From Amoebophrya sp. A120 (taxonomy: Eukaryota; Protista; Dinoflagellata): a DNA stretch of 64,000 bases. Numbering within the stretch: position 1 is the stretch's first letter; every line of letters starts with the position of its first letter. The notes under the pieces were generated by a model. It was not told the DNA's origin, did not search any database, and saw only the letters and a list, made by a program, of their open reading frames with translations. The translations under genes were made by a program, and so were the position numbers. Below, in pieces: positions 50,840 to 62,400 of this stretch. Where the stretch lies: NCBI GenBank assembly GCA_905178155.1, contig CAJINV010000004.1:6302828-6366827 (forward strand), written 5' to 3'.

Positions 50840-53800
50840 CTGCCGCTAGTACCGGTCCGATCCTAGTAGTGATAGTTCCTGCTACGTGATGTGATTGCTG
50901 CTCGCGGATCAGTTGGTAGCTACCGCGTTTCTCTGCTTGTACATGGAGTTGTTGAAGCACTACCTAGCAAACACTTCATGAATCATCACCAACACTTGCT
51001 GCTCCCGTGGTTTTGATGCTCGCTGTGGCAGGGAGATGTCTGTGCGTGCACTGCGGCTCCTGCTGGCGCTGGGTAGGTGCTGCAATGAGTTCTTGCGAAA
51101 GGCTGTGCTGCCGCTGCGTTCGCGTGCGCCGCAACTGGGAAAGTGGGCTGTAACAACAAATTCTGGGGTCGTCCTCGTTTGAACCGCTTCTTTGCACCGC
51201 TCGCCCAATCTCGTCCTCTGGATGATTTCTTAAAAGCGGGAGCACGGCTGTCGAAAGTCGATATATCTACCTAAGTACGGGCGGTTCCTGTTGAAGACAC
51301 CCGCAAAAACGTGACCGAATTCAGACACTATTCCTTGCTACGCGTCCTGGCCCTGCAGCCGTGTCTTCCGAGACGGTAAAGCTAGCACAAGAAGCACCGG
51401 ACGAAAATTGAAGTGCCTCTGTTCCGCCTGCTGTTCTGATCTGCAACTTGACTGCCGCAGTCCTTGGCGTTGTCAATTATTGCATCGTCCTGGCGCCATG
51501 GACTTGGACGCCGTCAACTTTGATTCTTCTCAGGATCCGCAGCAAACCAGTTCGACGAATGCTGTGGCGCGACGATGAGAAGCACGTAACATCATGTCGG
51601 ATTTGTCGCACGCGGACTGGGCAGAAACGCAGTCGCCAAAGCGGAAGAAATCGAACTCCGGAGAATTACAGGACCCAAAACATTCAGCTAAGAGCAAGCA
51701 GCCATTCGTAAGGTGTTATGATCGTGCCCTTCTTTCTTAGTTCCTGTAACAGCTCAGGAGCGTACTAGGTAGTCTTCTTCGAAGCGCCGTCGTCGAGTGG
51801 TGTAAACCATAATATGACTTTCGACTTTCTACAATAGGTGATAAACGTCAAGGAGCGTAGTAAAATACTGACACTGTGTGAAGCGAGCTTCTACTTCAAG
51901 AACCTGAACAGTTTGGTAGAATATCATACAGGATCGGCAACTTTCGAAGCTGCGATTTAAATTCACGAGACGTTCGTTCGTCACAAAGCAAGTACTTCCT
52001 ACGGATAGATATATGCTGGGCGGTGGCACATGCACTCCCAAACACAAAGTGAACATACACAGTACGCCGGCAGCGTAATTTGACCTTCCCGCAGCTTAGC
52101 GAGGGCGAACTCCCACTGCGCTGCGTTTCTGCTTCGACTGCAACATCCGCGGGACGCTTGCGGCACCCCTACCCGCATGCTCGCCGGCTGCTTGCAGCAG
52201 GGCGGGCGGCGACCAAGGAACGGGAAGACGACAGACCCCCCCGCCCGCCGGCCCAGACAAAGAAGGCGGCCGCCAATCGCGAAGCGCCCCGCCACAACCG
52301 CAGGCGCCGCCCGGCTGGCGGCAGGCCGGGCCGGCAGGCCGGCCCGAGCGAACCCCTGCGCCACGGGCAGCACAAACCACGCCGCCCCCAGAAACGTACG
52401 CGGCGCCCCCAGCGAAAGAGGGGCAACAACGGGCCCAGCCCCATAGCCGCAGGCCCCCCGGGCAAGTAGTTCGGTGGCCCGGGCGGGCCGCGGCAGCGCC
52501 CGCGCTGGTCGGCTGGCGGGGCTACACTGCGGAGGCAGGTAGCCCAGGCCGCGGGCCTTCTCACTGGCACAAGTGTGGCCCCCCCCCGTGTCTGAAAAGG
52601 GTCGCAACCTGCCCGCGCCGCGGGCCTGCTCGCGGCAAGGCGCGCACTTCGCCGGTTTTGAGTAGGATGGGCGCGAATTTCCCGCGGCCGGATTGGGGCG
52701 CGTTGCGTTTCCGAATCCGAACACTGGGAAGCCCGGGGAGCCGCTATCCTGGGGCGCCGGCCTGCGCGCCTGGCGCGCACCGGATCGGTAGGCCAGAGGC
52801 CGCCCCCCGCCTGCGCACGGGGGGAGGGCTCGCCGCCAAAGAAACAAACAAAGCGAAGCCATCAGAGGCGACGGCTCTGCCCGTTTTATCGCCCGCGCCC
52901 CGCGTTCTTCGTTCACGAAAACTCGAGGGGGCAACCTGCGGCAGCCGGTGGCCGTCTTGGTGCGCAACATGACCGCGCTAGACTGGTCGGAGGCGGCCAC
53001 GCTTTCCCGTGGCGCTCGTCCACATGGCACCCCGAACTTTTTGCGCCGCACTTTTCTTCACAGTGGGCAAGCGGCCCACCCGTGCATCTCTGCTGCCAAA
53101 AGTACGCGCCGGGTAGTTTGACCGCTGCAATCTGTTGCAGACCGCCCCGCCGCGCCAAAGCAGTCGCGAAACCTTGCCCCACCTGCAGCCGCCAAGCCGC
53201 CGCCGCATCTGCGACGACTTAGGCAGTCAGTCTCGGGCTGCGCCACCACGCGGGTCTTTTCGTTTTCTCCTGCGTACTCGAGTGGGGCGTATTCGTATTC
53301 ACCAGCCAGCGCACCCATTGAAGAAATCAAATCCGACATAGATTCCGGTCCTTCTTGTACACCCAGCGCGGACCTTCTAACGCCTCCAGTCTTGTGCTCA
53401 TGCCTTTTGCGCGACGCCACTCCGAGCGCCCGGACACCCTGCAGCGCGTGCCCTACAATATATCCATTTGCAAGCACTTCATCAGCCTTTTTCCGATGAA
53501 TAGAGGAGGACCATACAGGCCGCTGCTATGAACACATGCCCAGCCGGTAAATTGAGTGGATCCGTCAAAGGAACCACGTCCGCCAAAAAATGCGGAAGCC
53601 ACGACAACCAAATTTATTCATGGTCTTGTAGTGTTGATAACGTCTATTTTGGTGAATACGGTTCATGTTCTTTCGTTGTCGCTGGTGGAAAAAATCAGTT
53701 GTGGCTGATTCGGTAGTGAAAATTTCCAAAGCCCATAAAGCATCAAAATTCACATAGTGAAGTAGCATACAGGATTGTCACATTGGACACCACACACAAA

Positions 53801-53963
53801 GGGGAGTGCGTGGCCGCGCTAGAAGGACAAGAATTTGGAGCAGGGACTAAAATTTGTCTACTTATGTTGAAGTTTCCTTTTTGAAAAAAGAGCTTCAAGT
53901 GGTCCAAATCTTCCCGTGGCTCCACCACTTCCTCCCTTTCCACTCCAAGCCTCACTCCAACAT

Positions 53964-56347
53964 TCACAGACGCAGCGGCTGTATGCCCAGCTTTGCGCGG
54001 CGTTCGTTCTCCAGCGCGATCTCCTCCAACTCCTCCTTCGTGTACTCCTTCTTCTTCGCCTTCTTTGCGGCGTCCGCATCGGCTTCGCGTTTCTCTGCTT
54101 CCCGCTGTCGCTTGCGCTCCTTCTTCTCCTGCTTCACTTTCGCCCCGAACAACGCGGTCTTCTTCGGATCGATCGTGCTCGTGTTTTTCTGCCCCTCGCC
54201 TGGAATAAAATCTTCGTCCGAAGGCAAATCCGGGTTCCGGATTCGTTTTCGCGTGTCAACATCCTTCTTCTTGCTCTCCGCTGGAACCTCAACATCCTTC
54301 GCAGCATTCTTGTCTTTCTTCGATTTATTATTTCCCACATCACCGTCGCCATCGCGCCTACTACTTCTACCTCTCCCATTATCTTTTCTTCTACCGTTCT
54401 TATCGCGCGCTCCTGCCCTGGGTGAAGAAGATCCACGCCGCCGGTCCCTCTTCTCCTTGCGCCGCGAGCGCGATCGCTTCCTCTCAGGGGAAGACAAGAA
54501 GGAGTCGCTGCCCAACCCGTGGTCGCTTGAATTACTCTTGCTGTCCTCCGAATTCCTTTTCCGTTTTGCAGTTTTGCGATTTTTCTCGCCGTCGCGCTCC
54601 CTTCGCCGTGACCGGTCTGCCTCACGCTCCCGTGATCGACGCGACGGCCGACGGTCTTCGCTGTCTTCTCCCCTGCGCTCCTTGTCGCGTCGTTTGCGAG
54701 CGTCGCGATCGTCACTGTCATCATCCCGGCGTTTCGACGTGGTTTTATCTGCGACTTTCTTGGACTTACTCCTCCGCCTCCTCTCCGCAGTAGAATCTCC
54801 ACTTGCTGACCTGCTCTTTTCATCTTCGCGAGAACCGCTTCTGCGCTTCCGGCCTTGCGCTTTCTTCTTCCCTTGGCTTTCATCGGAGGAGGAGGACGAG
54901 GCAGCAGCTGCTGCTGCGCCACTGTCCTTGGACTTCGATCCTTTCCTTCTGGAACGGTCGTCTTTCGAAACAGCAGGTTCTTCAACAGCTCCAACCCTGC
55001 TCTCCTTCTCGTCCCCACTGTCGCTTTTCTCCGAGTTTTTATCTCGTCGTGGTCCACCCGGTGATTTTATTTTCCCAGTAGACCCTTCCTCGCCACTGCC
55101 TTCGTCTCTATTCTTCGCTCCTTCCTCATCTTCCGATGAACCGTCTTCGCTGTCCGAAGATCCTTTGTCTCCTCCGAGCTGTTCCAGCTCCGCGGTGACC
55201 GCGGCCACGCGCTCGTCTAACCGCTTTTTGCTCGCCATAATCGCCTGGTACTCGCTGTCGCTGCTGTTCGGCTCCTCCACGAGCGGCATTTTCGGCCCCT
55301 GCTGCACCGCGTTGCGGGCGGCCCGTGCCTCCTTGCGGGCCTTCTCCCGCGCCTCGCGTTCGTCGCGCCGCTTCTGCCGCTCCTCGCGCTCCTCCTCCTT
55401 CTCGCGCTCACGCGCGGCCTCGTCGTCGCGGATGTTCTTCTGCAGTTCCAGCTGCTCCAGCTCGTCGGCCTGGGAGGTTGAGTATTTTTCGTAGTTAAGC
55501 GATTTTCTGAATGACAGATTACTCGTTTCTTAGGCAAATCAGCATTGCAAATTCATTCCTTCCGTTTCAACACAAGACTAAGGTTTGTAAAGCGCATGAT
55601 GCACATGAAGCAGCTGCAATGCAGAACCCTATACCAGCGGCGACTCGTAGGGCTCCAACCGGTCCAATTCTTCCATTTTGACCCGGCTGGGGAGCTCGTA
55701 GAACGCGACGTCTTCCAGCAAATGCCGCTCCCACAGCAACTCATGCAAAAAGGTGTCCATGTGGGAAATGGTAATGCTCCCGTCCAAGTTCCTTCGACAT
55801 ATCCGTCGGTTGTCGGAGAACCAGGGTTCCAGCTGCTCGTAAATTGTTTCCGGGTCCCCGGTCATCCGTAAGTACGTGGCGCCGAGGCACCGCAAATAGC
55901 GGAACTCCTTCTGCTGAATGTAGGCCTTGATAATCTCCACGTCCGGCTGGATTTGCAGCATCTTCAACAGAAGGCAGAGGAACTTACCTGCACGGAAAAT
56001 TTTACAGATTTGAATGTCAAGTTGGGAAACTACGCACTGGTGAATTTATCCCTATGAACAAGGGTCATGGTCGCGCCGCACCAATCAAAACAACTCTGCT
56101 CATCAATCTTCATTCTGTTTTTAAAAAAGTCTTATTTACTAGGTCTCCTCCGCCCCCCGTAGGTCGCGCCGACGCTGCGGACGTGGTCGATGCACACGTC
56201 GCATATGTCCGCGGCGTTCAGGCCAAAGCAAAACTCCTTCCAAAAGTTGTCTTCCAGGATCTTGGGTCGCACAATGTTGCTCAGCAAGTACATTGGGTTC
56301 CCGATGCTGTGCACCGACCCGATCTCCCCGTAAATCCGGTTCGCCAT
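53964..56347 (-). CDS. PRP38: Pre-mRNA splicing factor 38 (PRP38A-type) with long RS/charged tail (688 aa)
   Basis: MANR...NPMYLLSNIVRPKI...FWKEFCFGLNA, FLCLLLKMLQIQP, FRYLRCLGATYLR and HMDTFLHELL match the PRP38 family. GT-AG introns 55988-56139 and 55470-55634 keep the frame. Confidence 0.92.
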
Positions 56348-57110
56348 TTTTGGTTTCTAATGGTCAAATAATGCTTTACAATTCAGACAATCAAGAGTTC
56401 TTCTAATTCCTTGCCACAAAGGGGCAGCTCAAGTACTACAACTATCTAAGAAGCAGTAAAAACATCCTTGCTAGCTAAGAACTCTACTCGAACCGCCCCT
56501 GCGTTCAACCTGATCCTGTAAAACAAGCGTAGCTTTTTGAAAAATTGAAACAATTTTGACTTCCACCCGCCACGGCTTCACCGCTGCACATTTAGTTTGA
56601 CTTCCGGTTATTTCGCTTTCCTACGCGGGGGCATACCCGGAAAATCATAAAAGCCACAAAACCACATCTATTCCCCCAAGAAGCATCATGCAGACCTTCT
56701 TCATTTTCGCCTCCTCTCCTGGCGGATCATGTGGTGCTGATCCCTATTTGCCGCCGTCCAAAATTTGATCACGAAAAAGTGCCAATCTGGATCCAGCAAA
56801 ATTGCTTCTGTGTTCATCTTGTTTTGCCCCGTCGAGTGAGTCGATCGATTTTTCATCTTCGTCCTGTGGCGCATGCATTTTTCTTGCCGAACAACCAAGC
56901 GATAGCGAGCAGGTCGCTCTGCAAGTAGTGTTAATACCCACTTTGTTCTGAGGTTGGTTCGATGCGTAGTAATACTTCTCAACAAAGAGAGCTCGCTGTG
57001 CTACGTACCTTTTCCGCGTGGTGACACAACATAAAATCGAAGAATTCATGTTGGTTGATTTGAAAAACTTCTCATGTGGCGGTCAAGAGTTGTACAAGTA
57101 AAGCACCCAA

Positions 57111-58912
57111 TTAGTTGGGGTCGATCAACTCTTCCACTTTCCAAATCTCCGTTTCCCCGTTTGGCAGCTTCCTTCGGATGTGGAAGGGAATTTTCCCTTG
57201 GCGGAGCTCTTTTTCGGCGATTTCCATCGGATCGTCTTCTCCCACGTCCAACGGGACCATTATTGGCGAATTTAACGAAATCTGCATCGCACGCGTACCT
57301 GAAAGGAGTTTTATAACTTGCGAGGTTGGATAGTGCGACGACCCGCGTCACCTTTCATATTCATCTCATGCCAGGACCCTGCATGGGTGTGTTGGTCTTG
57401 ATGGTGAAAAAAGCAGAACAATTTTTCGCGGCACACAGTCGCAACTGCAGTGAAGTATAATTTGCGATACCTATTATTCTTGCCCGCTCGTACTTGGTCA
57501 TGTAGGCACTTGTTTTCCTCTTTTTCTTCTCCTCCTCAGCCTTCTTCTTTGCCTCCGCTTCTGCTTTCTTATCTGTAGAGGAGTTTTGCATTTTCGGTGT
57601 CTCGTCATCTATGCAGTGCATGTGCAAAAGCACTAGTTCATCTAAAAACGCAATTTGTCATGCTTGATACGGTAGAAGGTCTAGATTCCTCATGCATGCC
57701 TGACTGCAATTCGTCATATTATAGTACCTGCTTCCTCCAGGTTTTCCGCGACTTCTTGGTCTAACTTTTCCTGCTTGTCCATGCGGTCGAATATTACAGT
57801 GAAAAATGCCCCCACCCCCAAAGTTGCAATGATTTGTGATGCGAAGTTTCCAAATGAAACCTTTTTGTCATGCATGAAAGGACTACAAATCTTTCTGATG
57901 CAGAGTCTAGGCGTATACAGCATCGCTTGCATGACAAGCACCGCTCTTGCTGGGATCTTTTGCAATACAAATTTTTGCTATTCACGATCGGAAATCTGTG
58001 ATGCTGATACACGCAAGAGGGCGAATGTTTCATTTGGAAAGGTTTGCAATACAAATGCTTTCAAGTTCGGGGGTGGGGGCATTTTTCATTGTAATATCGA
58101 AGTCATCCTCTTCATAGGGGTTGTCGTCCTTTTTGGGTTATCAAATGCAAAAATGTCTGGGTCTGGAAGAATGCAAGATTTGTGATGCTGTTCTTCCATG
58201 ACCCATGAGGCCTGGAGTGCAACACCTAGCATGACAAACGCTGTGAGGTGTCTATCATGCCTATCCTGCATGAGAAACTCCCTATCGAACTGGTCAAAAG
58301 TGGACATCTTTTGGTAATCATGCAACACAGATTTTTGCATGCTTCAGATTCAGCATGACAATTTGCATTCTTCCAGACCCAGACATTTTTACATTTGATA
58401 TGGGTGCCGCCGGGGCCGCCGCGGGCGGAGCTCCCTTGCCGCCTGGCCTGGATCCCTTTGCGCCGCCGCCGTGACTATCCTGTGCAAAAGTATCGCACTC
58501 GTAGTTGTAATTGCATTCATGCATTAAAAATTTTTTTCTTACGGTAAATCCGCATGACAAATTTTATTTCTCATGCTGGGGAAATTTGTAATGCATTTAT
58601 ACGAGTACGATACTTTTGCAATGCATAACGACCCATCATGCGGGCCTCGAGCGCGGACCGGGCCGCGTAACTGGAGCCCGGAGGTTGTTATCGCAAGAAA
58701 AAAGTGTTACACTTACACATTGTGTTGCAGGAGCCGCAAGAGAGACAACCTCTGTCATGCAGAAAATGCTTGCGGGTCTCGTTTCCTACGTATTTTCCCT
58801 TATGATTTTTGCATTACAAGTTTTCTCTGCCACACAGAGAAAATTTGTGATGCGGAAACTCCAACAAATGTGTAACTGTAACACTTTTCTCGTGGGATAG
58901 TTGTCCTTGCAT
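57111..58912 (-). CDS. RPB6: RNA polymerase I/II/III shared subunit RPB6 (RPABC2), 186 aa; four introners and two GT-AG introns
   Basis: [26 protein letters not shown]...[26 protein letters not shown] signature. Exons 58912-58901, 58684-58629, 58471-58402, 58134-58098, 57787-57728, 57608-57471 and 57298-57111 (561 nt). Confidence 0.93.
57792..58096. mobile_element. Introner element (family C-related, 305 bp), TSD TCGAA
   Basis: TATTACAGTGAAAAATGCCCCCACCCC / GGGGTGGGGGCATTTTTCATTGTAATA; frame restored. Confidence 0.9.
58139..58400. mobile_element. Introner element (family A, 262 bp), TSD TGGGT
   Basis: Family A TIR and perfect TSD; removal gives APAAP-KKDDN. Confidence 0.92.
58476..58627. 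mobile_element. Introner element (family F, 152 bp), degenerate TSD GTGAC/ACGAC
   Basis: TATCCTGTGCAAAAGTATCGCACTCGTA / TACGAGTACGATACTTTTGCAATGCATA; frame restored. Confidence 0.82.
58689..58899. mobile_element. Introner element (family E, 211 bp), TSD GTTGT
   Basis: TATCGCAAGAAAAAAGTGTTACA / TGTAACACTTTTCTCGTGGGATA; removal joins ATG 58912 in frame (MQGQ-PPG). Confidence 0.88.
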
Positions 58913-59454
58913 TTTTATTTCAGTGTGTCGCCGTGGAAATAGAGCGATGAACTAGCTATAACGTATGTAATTTTTCTACTAAATAACACACTAAATGGTC
59001 CTTCTTCAGCGGTATGTAGTCGTAACGTGTAAAAGTGCTCTAGTACTAATACAAATATATCCCATCGTCGCGGTCGCTGATTCGGTTCGTCAGATATAGC
59101 TGCTTAGCTCGTCTTCACTAGTACACCGTGTTTCAAGAAGATGAATCTGTGCATAGGGATTACCTCACTCGTGAGCCTCGACGAAGATCTTCCATGAGAC
59201 AGATTTACGTCGATTTCTTGGCAAGCAAAGACGACCTGAAGAACCTCATTTACAACATATCTTCTATCACTGGAAATTTGACGAAGATTTTGAGAACATA
59301 GCACTTCTAATACATCAATTTGTTTTCAGGTTCTTTTCTTTTTCCAAGGCCGGCTTTTTGTCAAAATTATCGATTGATCGAATTCAGTTCAGCTTCACGC
59401 AGTACTACGCGATCTGGAAAAGAATAAAAATCCTGTGCGAGGACGACAAAACAT

Positions 59455-62400
59455 CTATTTCAAGTCGACCCCGCACATGCTGGGAAGTAATTTTTCTGCG
59501 AATTTCGCTTCGAAGGATTTCAGATCGGCAAATTGAAACACGGTACGGTTGATCGTGGCCTTGGGAAAGTTTTGGTTCAGTTCCCGGGACAAGCTGACCC
59601 AGGACCGTTTTGCCAGACCGCTCATCCCACCGATCTTCACGGACAGTAAGTGCGCCCGAAAGTTTTGCCCCTGCAGCATCTGCATCTTCTGGTAGTTCGG
59701 GAGGAAATTAGTCGCGGAAAAAATCAGAATTTTCTGAGTCGCGTCCGACCGCGCCCCTGGGGATGTGAAGAGCTCGCGCGCGACGGAGAGTCCGCGATAC
59801 AGGTCGAACGGCCCGCCGTTCGCGGAAGGGGTCACAGCAGTGGAAGATGCGACTTTGTCCAAGGCGGCGGTTACCGCAGTCGAATCGGCTGACCAAGGTG
59901 CGGCGGTGGTGGCGGTGGGAGCTGCGAGCTCTTCCTGTTGTTGACCTTCCGCTTCTTGTAGTAACGAAGATGCTGCTGCTGACCCAATTCGCATCGTGTC
60001 GTTCAGCTTTTCCAAGGCCCTCTTCTGCTGCGGCGCGTGCACGGCGAGCATTTCTAGAAACGTGGGCCCCTTCACCGTTACGACGGCAACCTTCATTTTG
60101 TCCGCAGCTAAATCTAAGCCGGTTACAAACTTTTTCACCGCGGCCACCGACCCGGGAACGTCGGAGTTGCCGGCGGACACGTCGAGAAGAATGACCAACT
60201 ATCAAGTGCAAATATGTCTGGGTCTGGAAGAATGCAAACAAACTTGTCATGTAGAATTTCTATGCCCCACGAGGTCTGGAATGCAGCACCTAGCATGACA
60301 GGTTCTGCGACGTCTCTATCATGCCTGTCCTGCATGAGAAACTGCCTCTACTCTTGTTCAAAAGTGGACAGCTTTTTGGTAGTCATGCAACACAAATTTT
60401 TGCATGATCCAGACTTAGCATGACAAGTCCGCGTACTCCCAGACCGGGACATATTTGCATTTGATACCAAATCCGCCTTGCCCTGGCACTTCCGGTTCGC
60501 ACAGGACACGAGCTGTCCGGAGGTTGTACTAGTGCTATTCGTCATGCTCGACGTTGTTCCGGCATTTCCAGTTGCTGCAGGCACGACCACCGCAGGTGTT
60601 TTCCCACCGCCGCCACCGATGCAGGGCTTGAACTCGCGGCGGAGCGGACTGGAGGGGGCGGCGCACTGCCCGCTGCCCTCCGGTGCGGAGATCACGTCGC
60701 GGCGCCGCACCTGCAGGCCCGAGCCGCAGGTCTGGCTACACGTGTCCCACGAAGTCCAGTCACTCAGCTGACAGTCCGCATTGCAGGTTTTGCTCGCGCA
60801 GTTCTCCATGTCGGAGGTGTTCGGGCACGCCTTCCCCCCGCCCTTGGCCTCCTTCACGACGGAGCGAACGCGGTGCCGCACTATGCATTGCAAATATGTC
60901 TGGGTCTGGAACGGTGGAACTTGTGATGCGTGTTGCAGATCCTACAAAAATCTGTGTTGCATGACTTGCAAAAGGTGCCTATTTCTGGCCATCCTGAGAG
61001 GGCATTTCTCATGCAGGATAGGAATCACCAAGAGGCTGCAGAACCTGTGACGCTAGGCCATGCATTCCAGACGTGGGGTAGCTTGGAGAAACTGCATGAA
61101 AAATTTCGGAATCTTCAAGACCCAGACACTTTTGCATTTGATACGCACCCCGGACCCGCAATGCGCGCTGCACTCCGACCAATCGGACCAATCTGAAACC
61201 TCGCAGTCCTGCGGGCATTCGAGCGTGAGCGGGCAGGCCTGAAGAATGTTTCAGCTGCACATGGACATGTCTAACTTTATTTTTCTCAGATTTACTGTGT
61301 TGTCTCTCGTCGTGTGAAGCATATCGAAGTACAACAACTTCATGTTTTTCTTACATCAAAAACCGTACCATCTTCTTTCCCAGTTCCTTCGGGCAGGCCA
61401 TCCCGAACTCGTTCGCCTGGGTGATGATCTCGCGCTGCGCGAAGAAAAATTTCCCGGCCATCGTGCCACCGCCAATACCACACTGTTTCTGGCACTCCGA
61501 GACCGCGTCAGACACGTCCCAAGTGGTGACCTCACAGTCCTGCGGCAAATTTTTCTCCAGCTTCTTCAAAGCCAGCATCTCCCCCCGGGCCTGCCGCAGC
61601 TTGCAGATTGCGTCGTCGGATTCCGCTAATTCCCGCTCGCAGTCGTCCTGGGAACTCATCTTTTCGTTCGTCAATTGTGCTTTTTTCCGCAGAATCAACT
61701 CCAACTCGTTCTTGGCCTGTCCCGACTCCGCCATCAAACTGGCGACCCGCGCGTTCAAGGTGGACAGCTCGTCCCGGATTTGCTGTGACAGCTGCTTCGA
61801 CAGTTGAGAATTTTTCTTACATTCCGTTTCCGACTCCGCAATATCCTCCTCTTTCGCGCCCGTTTCCATCGCACTAGACTGCAACAATTGCGTCATGGCA
61901 GCCTCGAAGTTCCCGCAGTTCGGCTTCAAATTCGGCGTGCACGCCTCGGGCAGCGGCTCCGGGGAATCCTGAAGCAGGGTGCGCATCGTGGTCTGGATCA
62001 GCTGCAAGGAACGAAGAGGAGCAGGGTGCGTGTGTCTGTTATTTTCACCCGCGGCCCGAGTTGCAGCTGCGTTGTTCCCGATGTCGCTCCTGCTGCTTCG
62101 TCTCGCTGACTCATCAAACCTGTAATTCTGGTTGAACCAGGGATGCCTGCGTCCAAACCGCACCTGGACGAAAGATCTATGGTGGTACAGATGATCGTGG
62201 TGACTGCTTCTCTTCCTCGTGCTGCTTCGCAGGTTGTAAAGAACCAGCGGATTGTGGTTAGGCCGGTAGCGGTAGTGGCGAACACCCCGTCTGGAACCAC
62301 GCGCGCGCGCATTTCTACCGCCGCGATGAAACCAGGAATGCGGCCGACGAAGCGGAAATCTTGTGTCGTCGTACGAAGAAAGCAGTGCGCGGCGGCTATT

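Noticed and set aside
53854-55494. 546-aa plus-strand ORF
   Set aside because: It is the antisense shadow of the charged RS-rich tail of PRP38.
22629-61143. Recurrent peptides [29 protein letters not shown] and CKYVWVWK as a new protein domain
   Set aside because: They are translations of the family A TIR in different frames and strands; the conservation is at the DNA level.
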